Shown: in pieces, positions 40,926-50,880 of the stretch
Layout: every line of letters starts with the position of its first letter
How positions within the stretch are numbered: position 1 is the first letter of the stretch
Assembly: GCA_965279425.1 (NCBI GenBank)
Contig: OZ257239.1
Location: forward strand, 2,835,541-2,899,540
Origin: Lysobacterales bacterium
Lineage (GTDB): Bacteria; Pseudomonadota; Gammaproteobacteria; Xanthomonadales; Xanthomonadaceae
Length of the DNA stretch: 64,000 nucleotides
Direction of reading: 5' to 3'
Notes under the pieces: model-generated
Databases searched by the model: none
The model's input: the letters and a program-made list of their open reading frames with translations, nothing else
What the model was told of the DNA's origin: nothing
Program-made: the position numbers and the translations under genes

Positions 40926-41987
40926 TCATGCCAGACAGTCTTCCACCAAACGCTCGAACGCCGCTCCACCACGCATCGGGTCGGCCACCGCATAGCCCAG
41001 GCGGTCGCTTTCGGACGCCAGCAGATGCAGGGCGGCGGCTTCGTCGAGGTGCGCAGTGTTGAGGCTGACGCCGCCGCAACGGATGTCAGCTCGTGTGCGG
41101 CTCCCCAGCCGCAGCGTCAGCTCGATGGTCTCCTCGATACTGGGAAGCACATAGGCTGGATGACCCAGCATGCGTTCGCGTCCCGGTTGATGGCAGACCA
41201 CCACGACATTCGGCTGACTGCCGTGCAGCAGTGCCAGCGACACGCCAGCATAGGCCGGATGGAACACGGACCCCTGCCCTTCGATCACATCCCAGTGATC
41301 GTCGGCAGCATCGGGCGAAAGCATCTCGGCCGCCCCCGCGGCGAAATCGGCAATCACCGCATCCATCGGCATGCCGCTACCGGCAATCATGATGCCGGTC
41401 TGACCGGTGGCCCGGAAATCCGCATCCACTCCGCGCTGACGGAAAGCGCGGGCCAGCGCGAGTGCCGTGTACTTCTTCCCCAAAGCGCAATCGGTTCCCA
41501 CGGTAAGCAGGCGTTTCCCGCTGCGGGGAAGGCCGGTGGCGACCTTGATACCTGTCGGTGGCTGACGCACATCGATCAATCTGCGGCCCAGTATTGCCGC
41601 CGCATTGCGCAGCTGCGCAATGTCCCCCAAGCGCACATGCATGCCGCTGATAAGGTCCAGGCCGGCTTCCATAGCCTGCAACAGCGAACCCAACCACGCC
41701 TCCGGTATGACACCACCGGCGTTGGCTACGCCGATCACCATGGCCCGCGCGCCCTTCGCGGAAGCCTCGACGGGCGTCAGGAAACGCAAGCCCGTGGTGA
41801 CGGTTGCCCCTTCGCAATGGAACTCCCCAAGACAGCGCTCGGGTGCCCAGTCGCGAAGCCCATACGCGGTCTTGGCGTAACCGGATTCAGTGGTATTGCC
41901 AAGGAACAGGAGATAGGGGCCCGGCAGCGCCTCCAATGCTTGTGGACCTAACGGACCTAACGGACCTAACGGGCGTGCTTGCAGCAT
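40926..41987 (-). CDS. DUF1611 family protein (DgcN-like D-amino-acid N-acetyltransferase)
   Basis: PYLLFLG, GTDCALGKKYT, ATGQTG, IEGQGSVFHP; same operon as an enolase-family epimerase. Confidence 0.85.
   Translation of the reverse strand: MLQARPLGPLGPLGPQALEALPGPYLLFLGNTTESGYAKTAYGLRDWAPERCLGEFHCEGATVTTGLRFLTPVEASAKGARAMVIGVANAGGVIPEAWLGSLLQAMEAGLDLISGMHVRLGDIAQLRNAAAILGRRLIDVRQPPTGIKVATGLPRSGKRLLTVGTDCALGKKYTALALARAFRQRGVDADFRATGQTGIMIAGSGMPMDAVIADFAAGAAEMLSPDAADDHWDVIEGQGSVFHPAYAGVSLALLHGSQPNVVVVCHQPGRERMLGHPAYVLPSIEETIELTLRLGSRTRADIRCGGVSLNTAHLDEAAALHLLASESDRLGYAVADPMRGGAAFERLVEDCLA
41944..41970. repeat. 9-bp tandem repeat x3 within the DUF1611 N-terminus
   Basis: GGACCTAAC x3, encoding PLG-PLG-PLG on the minus strand. 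Confidence 0.9.
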
Positions 41988-42081
41988 GGGGCGTTCTTCA
42001 CCAGACAGAGTCGAGAGGCGCCCCGTTCCACCGGCGCAGAACGCCAGCGGCGAAGGCAATGGCGGCGCTTGATGGCGTCGC

Positions 42082-44439
42082 CTAGAACCGGTAGTCGAAC
42101 TCGATGCCGAAGGTGCGCGGCCTGATGGGCACGCCGGCGACCTGCACCTTGGCGCCGCTCACTTCGCTGTCTATCGCTGACAGCGAGGACCAGGCGTCTT
42201 CGTTGGTGACGTTGTTGGCATAGACGCGCATTTCCCAACGGCCCTTGCCGATGCCCGCGTACACATCCAGCGCGCGGTAGCTGTCGAGTTCAAGCGGCGC
42301 GGTTATTTGTTCGTCCAGCACCGTCGACGGATCACCCAATGGCGTGATGCGTTGGCGTTCGGTCGTCGCGTTGAACCGCTTGCCCACGCCGCGCAATGCG
42401 GCGCCCACCTGGCCCGTGAACCCACCCTGGGTTGCGAACGCGTATTCGGTGGTGAAGGCCCACGACAACTTGGGCACATAGGGCACGCGATCACCGGCCA
42501 GTCCCGTATTGAGGATGACGTCCAGGCCGTCGTCGACCAGCGAGATGACCGTCGGATCGAAGTCGTTCTTCACCGTGGCCTTGGTGTAGGCGGCATTGAA
42601 GCCGACGGTCCACTGGTCGGTGGCGCGGAACGAGGTCGACAGTTCGGCGCCTTCGCTGGTCGCTTCGCCGCCATTGACCAGGCCGCCGATGCCGTTGAAG
42701 GAAGCGGCCACCTGGATGTCGTCCCAATCGATGCGGAATAAGGACACATCCAGCTGCACGCGCTGGTCGGCGAACTGGGACTTTAGCCCCAGCTCATAAC
42801 TGTCGAGTTTCGAGGCATCCACCTTGGGCGGCATGCCGGGAACCGCGACATTCGGTCCGCCGGGTTGATAGCCGGTGGCGACGCGGGCATAGACCATGCT
42901 GTCCTGGCCCAGCTTGAATTGCGGGCTCAGGCTCCAGGTAAAGACATCCTCACTGGATTGGCCAGGCGTATTGCCCAGTTCCACCAGGATGCCCTCGGTC
43001 ACGTTCTGGCTGAAGTCCTGCTCGTTGCGCGCCTGGCGCACGCCTGCATCGATCTTGAAGCGTTCGCCGATGCGCCAGGAAGCGTTGGCGAACACCGCGT
43101 ACTCCTTGTAGGTGCTGGGCAGACCAAGGAAGGCTAGCGTCGAAAACATTTCGTCGTAGGGCGCCGGCAGCGGCGAACCATCGAGCTGCCCCAGCCATAC
43201 GAACTGGGTCTGCAAGGCATCTTCCCGGGTATAGAAGGCGCCCAGCATCCACTCGAACGGCCCACCGCTCTTGGAACTCAGGCGGAACTCCTGGGTAACT
43301 TTTTCCAGGTCGAACTGGTAACGCGCGAAGGAGCTGCCGGGGTCCGGAAGCCCAAGCAGCTGGTCGGCTACTTCTCCGAACTGGATGGTCGCATCGATCT
43401 GGGACAGCGTGTCGGTCTGCGACCAACCCGTGGCCGACACGAAGTCCGCCCAGCCCAGATCCCAGTCCAGGCTCAGCGAACCCAGGGTGAGTTCCTTGGA
43501 AAAAGGTTGCGACTGCCAGGTGCGGTCCACCAGATCGCCGAACAGCGGTTGCAGCGTGTCGGGATCCAGCGCAGTGCCGCCGCGCTCGTCGGCGCTGATG
43601 CGCTGGTGCAGCATCGAAAGGTTGAGATCGAAAGCATCGCCGTCCCAGAACAGCGCAGCGCGCGCACCCACCTGCTCGCTGTCGTTGATGTCCTGGTGGC
43701 CGTCGACGACGTTGTCGGTGTAACCCGGCAGTCCGTTGCGCGCGAAGCTCACCCGCAGGCCCAGCCGGTCTTCTACAAGCGGCACGCTCGCACCGAAGCG
43801 CGCGTTCCAGGCCTCGCCCCCGCCCTGCACGGTGCGCAGGCCGAAGCCGAGCCGCAATTCGTCTCCGCTTGTCTCGGGCGCGCGCGTGACGTATTTGAGC
43901 AAACCGCCGATGGCCCCCGCGCCGTACAACGTTCCCTGCGGCCCGCGCAGCACTTCCACCCGGCTGATGTCGTAGGGCAGCACGTCCAGCATCAAAGTGT
44001 TGGCGCCCTGATAGATGCCGCTGGAACCCACCGGCACTTCATCGATGTAGGTCGCGACGGTGGCGCTGGAAGACATCGCCGAGATGCCGCGCAGCGATAT
44101 CGAGGTCTGTCCCGGGCTGCCGTTGTCTTCCACCTGCAGTCCCGGGATCAGCGCCGCGTAATCGGCCAGCGAGCTGGCACCGATGTTCTCAAGCTGGCGC
44201 TCGCCGATCACACTGATCGACGCGGCCACATCGCGAATGTTTTCCACGCGTTTGTTGGCGGTGACAACTACGGTGTCCAGCGTGGCCGCTTGTTCGGCCG
44301 ATGTCGATTGCGCTTGCGCTTGCGGCGTGGAAGTTTGCTGCGCCAAGACGGGATTGGCAGCGGCAAACGCCAGACTGCTGGCAATGGCGAGCGACAAGGG
44401 CGAGCGATACCACGGGCGGGTTGACTGGAACGCGTTCAT
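42082..44439 (-). CDS. TonB-dependent receptor
   Basis: Signal peptide, TonB box DTVVVTA, plug RVEVLRGPQGTLYG, C-terminal aromatic ending EFDYRF. Confidence 0.95.
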   Translation of the reverse strand: MNAFQSTRPWYRSPLSLAIASSLAFAAANPVLAQQTSTPQAQAQSTSAEQAATLDTVVVTANKRVENIRDVAASISVIGERQLENIGASSLADYAALIPGLQVEDNGSPGQTSISLRGISAMSSSATVATYIDEVPVGSSGIYQGANTLMLDVLPYDISRVEVLRGPQGTLYGAGAIGGLLKYVTRAPETSGDELRLGFGLRTVQGGGEAWNARFGASVPLVEDRLGLRVSFARNGLPGYTDNVVDGHQDINDSEQVGARAALFWDGDAFDLNLSMLHQRISADERGGTALDPDTLQPLFGDLVDRTWQSQPFSKELTLGSLSLDWDLGWADFVSATGWSQTDTLSQIDATIQFGEVADQLLGLPDPGSSFARYQFDLEKVTQEFRLSSKSGGPFEWMLGAFYTREDALQTQFVWLGQLDGSPLPAPYDEMFSTLAFLGLPSTYKEYAVFANASWRIGERFKIDAGVRQARNEQDFSQNVTEGILVELGNTPGQSSEDVFTWSLSPQFKLGQDSMVYARVATGYQPGGPNVAVPGMPPKVDASKLDSYELGLKSQFADQRVQLDVSLFRIDWDDIQVAASFNGIGGLVNGGEATSEGAELSTSFRATDQWTVGFNAAYTKATVKNDFDPTVISLVDDGLDVILNTGLAGDRVPYVPKLSWAFTTEYAFATQGGFTGQVGAALRGVGKRFNATTERQRITPLGDPSTVLDEQITAPLELDSYRALDVYAGIGKGRWEMRVYANNVTNEDAWSSLSAIDSEVSGAKVQVAGVPIRPRTFGIEFDYRF

Positions 44440-44515
44440 CTTTGGCTCTCCCGGCGGGACGTTGGGCTGAATGAATGATCGGTCCCGGCAATGCCCTGGC
44501 TGCAGCACGCATGGG

Positions 44516-44557
44516 TATCCTGATTAGGGATAATGATCCTAATCGGAAAATTGTCAA
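44516..44557 (-). promoter_or_regulatory. Sigma70 promoter with overlapping inverted-repeat operator (copy 1)
   Basis: TTGACA-N16-CATTAT overlapped by GATTAGG-N9-CCTAATC; 77 nt upstream of the TBDR start. Confidence 0.7.
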
Positions 44558-44616
44558 TATGTTTAGAAAATGTTGGCCACTATGGCCGGCTCGTGGCGGA
44601 CTGCCATCAAAACCGA

Positions 44617-46326
44617 CTAATTCTGTGTCGGTCCACGCCAGCCGGGGCCGCGCACTACTCGCCCTGGTTTAGCGCCGGTGTGCTCCCCATCGCGCAGCAC
44701 TTGCACGCCATTGACGAATACATCGCCTACCCCGGTCGCGTATTGCTGGGGCTTGTCGTAAGTGGCGTGGTCGGTGATCGCGGACGGGTCGAATATGACC
44801 ACGTCGGCAAAGCACCCTACCTTGAGGCAACCGCGATCCTTGAGTTTCCAGTTCGCTGCGGGCAATCCGGTGAGGCGATGGATGCCTTCTTCGAGCGTCA
44901 TGAGCTTGCGATCACGCACGTAATGGCCCAGAAAACGTGCGAAGTTGCCGTAGGCGCGGGGGTGCGTGCTGGACTTCAGAAACACGCCTTCGGGCGCGGA
45001 CGATTCGGCATCTGACCCCAGACTCGTCCACGGCTGCTTCAAACCCAGCTCGACATTGTTTTCGCTCATCAGGAAGTATGCGGCGCCCAGTTCCGAGTCA
45101 TCTTCAAGGATCAGATCGATCACCGTGTCCTCAGTGGACCTGCCCTGGCTCTTGGCTATCGCGGCCAGGCTCTTCCCCAACAACGGCTTCAGCTTTTCGG
45201 TCTTGCACTCGATCAGCAGAACGCGTTCGTCGGAACCGGTAAGCAAGCGGAGGTTTTCCCAGGACGCATTGGGATCGCGCATTTCGGCTATCACGCGCGT
45301 CCTGATCGCAGGATCTTTCAGCCGCACGATCAGCGCCTCGAAACCGCCCGCCTGCACCCATGGCGGCAACGCGGCGGTGAGACTGGTGCCACCGGCGGTG
45401 TAGGCATACATATCCGCACTTACTTTCTGGCCTTGATCGCGTGCGGTCTGGATTCTGGCGATGGCCTGGGCCATCTTGGGCCAGTTCTTCTCCCCTGCCG
45501 CTTTCAGGTGATACGCCTCGGCACGCTGCCCGGTGGCGCGCGCGATGGAGATCGTCTCGTCCAACGCTTCCAGGAAGCGGTCGGCTTCGCTGCGCATATG
45601 CGCGATGTAACCGCCGCCGGATTCGGCCGCGGCCTGCGCCAGTGCAGTCAATTCACTGGTGTCGGCGAATGCAGCGGGCGGATAGATCAGCGAGCCGCCC
45701 ACGCCCAGCGCGCCCTCTTTCATCGCCTGTCGTACCAGATCCTGCATGCGCGCCAGCTGCGCCGCGTCTGGCTTGACATCTTCTTCGCCCAGTTCGTGGA
45801 TGCGCACCGTCGTCGCGCCGACGAACGAAGCGACGTTCGGCGTGACCCCACGCTTCTGCAGATAGTCCAGGTATTCGCCCAGCGTGGTCCATTCGATCGG
45901 GTAACGGATGTCGCCCTGCTGCTTCAGCGCATCGGCCTTCATCTTCTCGTTGTAAGGCCCCATCGACCAGCCTTCGCCGAAGATCTCCAGCGTCACGCCC
46001 TGCCTGGTGTCGCTCATGCCACGGCCATCGGCGATCAACGACTCGTTGGCCCAACTCAATACGTTGATGAAACCCGGTGCGACCGCCTGGCCCCGTGCAT
46101 CCACCGTGCGGGCGGCTACCACCTTGCTTCCGGCTGGCAGCAATGCGGCGATGCGGTCACCACGCACGGCCACATCGACCTGTTGCGCCGGAGAACCGCT
46201 GCCGTCGTAGACCAATCCGTTCCGTATCAGCAGGTCGTACGACTCTCTGGCTGGGATAGTAACCGGTGTAGAAGAAGCGCAACCGGCAAGTGCCAGCACC
46301 AGCAGGAAAATGCGTAGTCGGTACAT
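44617..46326 (-). CDS. N-acyl-D-amino-acid deacylase family amidohydrolase, lipoprotein
   Basis: Lipobox LAGC; DLLIRNGLVYDGSG, HMRSE, YHLK, GSDA, HPRAYGNF. Confidence 0.88.
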   Translation of the reverse strand: MYRLRIFLLVLALAGCASSTPVTIPARESYDLLIRNGLVYDGSGSPAQQVDVAVRGDRIAALLPAGSKVVAARTVDARGQAVAPGFINVLSWANESLIADGRGMSDTRQGVTLEIFGEGWSMGPYNEKMKADALKQQGDIRYPIEWTTLGEYLDYLQKRGVTPNVASFVGATTVRIHELGEEDVKPDAAQLARMQDLVRQAMKEGALGVGGSLIYPPAAFADTSELTALAQAAAESGGGYIAHMRSEADRFLEALDETISIARATGQRAEAYHLKAAGEKNWPKMAQAIARIQTARDQGQKVSADMYAYTAGGTSLTAALPPWVQAGGFEALIVRLKDPAIRTRVIAEMRDPNASWENLRLLTGSDERVLLIECKTEKLKPLLGKSLAAIAKSQGRSTEDTVIDLILEDDSELGAAYFLMSENNVELGLKQPWTSLGSDAESSAPEGVFLKSSTHPRAYGNFARFLGHYVRDRKLMTLEEGIHRLTGLPAANWKLKDRGCLKVGCFADVVIFDPSAITDHATYDKPQQYATGVGDVFVNGVQVLRDGEHTGAKPGRVVRGPGWRGPTQN

Positions 46327-46384
46327 CGGCGTGCTCCTCATGGATCGCAATGGCGCAGGCGCCGCGATGAGCGCGGCGGATATT

Positions 46385-47725
46385 TCAATGGCGAGCTTCT
46401 TCTTGCGCTGCATCCGCATTGGCGGACGCATTGGGTTGCTGAAGCATCGAACGCCGTGCCGACTCCACGTCACGGATCGGACGGTCTAGCATCCACAGCA
46501 CGCAGGCGGCCAGCACTGCCAAGCCCGACAGCAGCACGAAGAATCCGGCGTGGCTGGTCCGCGACCACAAGGCACCGACCACGCCAGCCAACAGACTGCC
46601 GCTGAAGACCGCAAGGAACCACGCGGCGACGGTGGTCGCACCCAGGCGCGGCGGCGCCAGCCGCGCGAACAGACCCAGACCAGTGGGCAGGATATAAAGC
46701 TCGCCCAGCGTCAGGATCACGAAGAACGCCAGCAGCCATGGCCAGCCGACGCGTTCGCCGCCAGCGAAATTGTCCAGCGCCGCCAGCAGCAGATAGGCCA
46801 GCGCCACGATCACGGCACCGATAGCCATCTTGCGGGCTGGCGAAGTCTCACGACCCGCATCGGCGCGATGACGCCAGTGCAGCAGCAACAGCGGCGTCAT
46901 GCTGATCACCAGCAATGGATTCAAGGCCTGGAACCAGGTCATCGGAATCACCACGCTGCCCCAGGTGCGATCCACGCCCATGTCGGTCCACAACGGCAAT
47001 GTGTTGCCGATCTGTTCGTAGGCGCCGCGGAAGATCGTCGCCGCAATGCCCACGCCCAACAGCAGCATCCACACTTGCTTCTGGTCGCTGCTGCGTTCGC
47101 CTGCGCCAGCGGACGTGCGCAATGCACGCATCCGGTTCTCGGGCGGCAGATAGTCGCGACCAAGCACATAGATGATCAGGCCGAGGAACATGCCGATCCC
47201 CGCGGCGCCGAACCCGTAATGCCAGCCATAGACTTCGCCCAGCGTGCCGCAGATCAACGGTGCCATGAAGCCGCCGATATTCAAGCCCACGTAATACACG
47301 TTGTAGGCCCGCCCGCGACGCGGATCGTCGGCCCTGTAAAGATCGTTGATCTGGCTGGGAAGGCTGGGCAGGAACAGGCCGTTACCCAGCGCAATGGTGG
47401 CCAGCGCTAGGTAGAACATCGGCTCGAACGCCATCATGAAGTGGCCCAGCGCCATCACGCTGCCGCCGATGATCACCGCGTTGCGCTTGCCCAACCAGCG
47501 GTCGGCGATGGCGCCGCCCAGGATCGGCGTGAAGTAGGCCAGCGCCGTATACGTGCCGTAGATGAGAGAGGATTTTTCCTGCGCGAACAACAGCTCCTTG
47601 GTCATGTAATAGACCAGCAGCGTGCGCATGCCGTAGTAGGAGAACAGCTCCCACATGTTGGTGAGGAACAGGATCGTGAGCCCACGCGGCTGGCCGAACC
47701 ACGTCTTTTCCGTCACCGTGCTCAC
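46385..47725 (-). CDS. POT/PTR family peptide:H+ symporter
   Basis: WFGQPRGL, WELFSYYGMR, YVGLNIGG, ELYILPTGL. Confidence 0.92.
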   Translation of the reverse strand: MSTVTEKTWFGQPRGLTILFLTNMWELFSYYGMRTLLVYYMTKELLFAQEKSSLIYGTYTALAYFTPILGGAIADRWLGKRNAVIIGGSVMALGHFMMAFEPMFYLALATIALGNGLFLPSLPSQINDLYRADDPRRGRAYNVYYVGLNIGGFMAPLICGTLGEVYGWHYGFGAAGIGMFLGLIIYVLGRDYLPPENRMRALRTSAGAGERSSDQKQVWMLLLGVGIAATIFRGAYEQIGNTLPLWTDMGVDRTWGSVVIPMTWFQALNPLLVISMTPLLLLHWRHRADAGRETSPARKMAIGAVIVALAYLLLAALDNFAGGERVGWPWLLAFFVILTLGELYILPTGLGLFARLAPPRLGATTVAAWFLAVFSGSLLAGVVGALWSRTSHAGFFVLLSGLAVLAACVLWMLDRPIRDVESARRSMLQQPNASANADAAQEEARH

Positions 47726-48735
47726 GCGATGGCCTTTGGGCCCCAGACTTCATCGCCGCAGGAAATGTAGCCGTCCTCGTAATGGACCGAGGGCGTGCGG
47801 TCCTGCTTCAGAAAGATCGGCCCGTCCAGATCGACAACGTCGCAGAACTGCCCCAGCACGAAGGCCGGGGCCGCAGCGAGACTGGTGCCGCACATGTTGC
47901 CAACCATCACCTGCTTGCTGAGTTCGCGTGCGCGCCTGGCCATCAGCAGGCCCTCGGTCAGTCCGCCGCACTTGTCCAGCTTGATGTTGATGACATCGAA
48001 GCGGTGATGGCGCGCTTCCAGTTCGGCAAGGTCGAGAATGCTTTCGTCAGCCGCGAACGGCAGCGGGCGGTCGATGCCGTCCAGGTCGCTTTCGCGCCCG
48101 CGCACGCACGGCTGTTCGAGCAACGAGATCTCCGCTTCGACCAATGCCGGCAGCAGCAGCGACAAGGTCGCTGCATCGTAGCCCTGATTGGCATCCACAC
48201 CGATCCATGCCTGCGGGCAACGCGTGCGCACTGCGCGCACCCGTGCACTGTCGAGTTCCGCATCGCCGGTCAGCTTGAGTTTCAGCGCTCGCGCCTGCGA
48301 ATAGGCTGCAGCTCTGTCCGCCATCACCGAAGGTTCGTCGGCACCGACGGTGAAGGTCGTCAACAGCCTGTTTACCTTCTCCAGCCCTGCCAGCTTCCAG
48401 ACCGGCATGCCGCGACGCTGGGATTCGAGTTCCCACAAGGCGCAATCGAGCGCATTGCGCGCGCCGCCCGCAGGCAGCAACGTGCGCAGTGTGTCCCGAT
48501 CCAGTCCCGCTTCTATGCGTGGCCGCAGCGCCTCGAGCGTGACGATCATCGTCTCGGGATGATCGTTGTTGTAGTAGACGCCTGCCGCTTCTCCGCGCCC
48601 CACATATTCGCCATCGCGCAGCGTTACGACGGTCGCGGGCATCGCTTCGAACACATGGCCGGCGATGCGGAACGGGGCCGACATCGGCAATGGTTCGTTA
48701 TGCAATTCGAGTACGACGGACGCGGTAGCAGTCAC
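47722..48735 (-). CDS. Dipeptide epimerase, enolase superfamily (DgcA/AEE-like)
   Basis: PFRIA, ARNALDCALWELE, KLKL, VDANQG, EQP, ADES, NIKLDKCGG; GTG start after GAGG. Confidence 0.88.
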   Translation of the reverse strand: MTATASVVLELHNEPLPMSAPFRIAGHVFEAMPATVVTLRDGEYVGRGEAAGVYYNNDHPETMIVTLEALRPRIEAGLDRDTLRTLLPAGGARNALDCALWELESQRRGMPVWKLAGLEKVNRLLTTFTVGADEPSVMADRAAAYSQARALKLKLTGDAELDSARVRAVRTRCPQAWIGVDANQGYDAATLSLLLPALVEAEISLLEQPCVRGRESDLDGIDRPLPFAADESILDLAELEARHHRFDVINIKLDKCGGLTEGLLMARRARELSKQVMVGNMCGTSLAAAPAFVLGQFCDVVDLDGPIFLKQDRTPSVHYEDGYISCGDEVWGPKAIA

Positions 48736-48797
48736 GCACACCTCACCAGGAAGTCGGAGGGAAACAGCCGGCGGAATGCAGCACCGGACGTTCTGGG

Positions 48798-50819
48798 TCA
48801 GTAGTAGGCGCCGTAACCGAGCAGGTGGTGGGCCAACCCAAGCCACAGCAGGAACAGGCACGACAGCGCCACGAGCACGGCCCATAGCTTGGCCAACCAG
48901 CGGCGACGACTGCTGCGCAGCACCTGCCATGCATTCCACACCGACAGCGCCGCCCCGACCGGCAGCACCACCAGTGCCAGCAGGCGCAAGAGATTGATCC
49001 ACAGGTCGGAACTGGCCCCTGTCATCTCCAGGTCGCTGAGCATCGCGACCACGAAGCCAAGCGCTCCGCCGACCGACAGCAGCACGGCCAGTGCGGTCAG
49101 CCGCACGATGCGGTGAGCACGCGCATCGGTGCCCGACAGACCGTAAGGCACGCCATAGCGGCGGCGCACCAGCGCCGACACCGGCCAGGCGATGACGGTC
49201 AGCAACAACACCGTCAAGCTGGCCACCAGCAGTGGCAGCGAAAGAGAACGCCAGGTGGAGAGCCGCTCGAACACCATGATCGGCGCGTAAGGTTCCATGG
49301 TGAAGCGGGTGACCTTGCCATCGACTACATCGGCGGCCATGCGGTCGCTGCCATTCACGTCCTGCCAGACATAGGGCGATATTTCGCGCCACTTCTTGGG
49401 CACGCCATTGGCGCCCATGGCCATCGGCACGCTGAGGGTACCGTCCTCATTCGCGACCACCTTGACCTGGCCCAGCAGATTCACCAGCGACAGAAGATTG
49501 CTCTGCGGACGTCGGCTGCTGTCGTAATGGCCCACCATCTGTTCGGCATGCAGCTTGGCCTGGGCCGCATCGAACGAGGGCGCGCGCGTCTTTGGACCCG
49601 GCAGATAGCGGTCGGCGAAACCGCGAACCAGGTTTCCGCGGATCACCCCGGTTGCCCCATCGCGCCCGCTGCTGTTCATGGAAACGAAGATGCCGATGCC
49701 ATCGTCCAGGAACAGCTCCAGATCGCTATGGAAATACATCGTGTCGCCGCCATGGGCAATCGCGCGATGACCATTGATGGTGGTTTCGTAGAAGCCGAGC
49801 ATCATCCGGTTGAGCGGACCAATGGACTTCTGTCCGGTCGAATGCATCTTCTGCGCGGTTTCCGCATTGAGGATGCGCGCGTCTCCGTAACTGCCGTCGC
49901 CCAGGTGCGCCAGCATGAAGCGGCCCATGTCCGCGCCGGTGGACGCCAGGCTGCCGGCCGGCGCCAGACTGATGAACTCGTACTCCTTGGCCTTGCCGTC
50001 GGAAGCTTTCGTGTAGCCCTTGGACATCTTGGCCAGCAACGCGGGTTGCAGCGGCTGGCTGAAGCTGGAGTGCGCCATGCCCAAAGGCTGGAAGATGTGG
50101 CTCGCGATATAGGCGTCGAACGGTTCGCCGGACACGCGCTGCACGATGTAGCCAGCCAACGCCGTGGCGTAGTTGGAATAGGCAGGCGTGGCGCCCGGCA
50201 CATGAATGCGTTCGGGCACCCAGCGCTTCAGCGCCTCTCCCAGCGGCACGATTTCTTCGGGGCGCGAGGTGATCAGGCCGCGGATCTGTTCTTCCAGTCC
50301 GGTGGTGTGGGTCATGATCTGGCGCAGCGTCATCGGCTTGCCGTCGCGCTCGGGAATCTTGAAGTCGATGTATTTGTTGACGTCCGCGTCCAGGTCCAGC
50401 TTGCCCTGCTCGACCAGCTGCATCACAGCGGTCCAGGTAAAGAGCTTGGAGACCGATCCGGGCCGGAACAGCGTGCCTGCCGGATCGACCGGAGTACGCT
50501 TCTCGATATCCGAATAGCCGTAACCCTTCTGCAGCAGTACCTGGCCGTCCTTGACCACCACGACCACCGCACCGGCGATGTCGCCATTGTCCAGCGCGTA
50601 AGGCAGATAGCCATCCAGCCAGGCCTCGACGTCCGCACGGGTCAGCAGGGGCGCCTCTGCAGGCGATGGAGTTTTGGGCTTTTGGGCAGCAGTGGAGTCG
50701 GCCTGCATGGCAGCGGGTGGAACAGCCGCTGGCGCCAGCGATGCCTCCTGCGCGGTCAGCGTTGCGGTCAAGCCCATGGCCAACAGCCCCCCGCACAACA
50801 GGAACGGAATTACGCGCAT
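48798..50819 (-). CDS. Serine hydrolase (beta-lactamase/PBP fold) with four C-terminal TM helices
   Basis: Signal peptide; GSVSK (SxxK), YSN, HGGD; four hydrophobic helices at the C-terminus. Confidence 0.88.
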   Translation of the reverse strand: MRVIPFLLCGGLLAMGLTATLTAQEASLAPAAVPPAAMQADSTAAQKPKTPSPAEAPLLTRADVEAWLDGYLPYALDNGDIAGAVVVVVKDGQVLLQKGYGYSDIEKRTPVDPAGTLFRPGSVSKLFTWTAVMQLVEQGKLDLDADVNKYIDFKIPERDGKPMTLRQIMTHTTGLEEQIRGLITSRPEEIVPLGEALKRWVPERIHVPGATPAYSNYATALAGYIVQRVSGEPFDAYIASHIFQPLGMAHSSFSQPLQPALLAKMSKGYTKASDGKAKEYEFISLAPAGSLASTGADMGRFMLAHLGDGSYGDARILNAETAQKMHSTGQKSIGPLNRMMLGFYETTINGHRAIAHGGDTMYFHSDLELFLDDGIGIFVSMNSSGRDGATGVIRGNLVRGFADRYLPGPKTRAPSFDAAQAKLHAEQMVGHYDSSRRPQSNLLSLVNLLGQVKVVANEDGTLSVPMAMGANGVPKKWREISPYVWQDVNGSDRMAADVVDGKVTRFTMEPYAPIMVFERLSTWRSLSLPLLVASLTVLLLTVIAWPVSALVRRRYGVPYGLSGTDARAHRIVRLTALAVLLSVGGALGFVVAMLSDLEMTGASSDLWINLLRLLALVVLPVGAALSVWNAWQVLRSSRRRWLAKLWAVLVALSCLFLLWLGLAHHLLGYGAYY

Positions 50820-50880
50820 TGCTGGTCTCCGGAATGGATGAACAGACCCGCGGGTGCATGCGGGGCGGCAGGTGCCTATT

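Noticed and set aside
38121-50819. SxxK hydrolases called as beta-lactam resistance genes
   Set aside because: The fold alone does not show beta-lactamase activity; DUF3471-like and TM fusions plus the catabolic context point to peptidase or esterase roles
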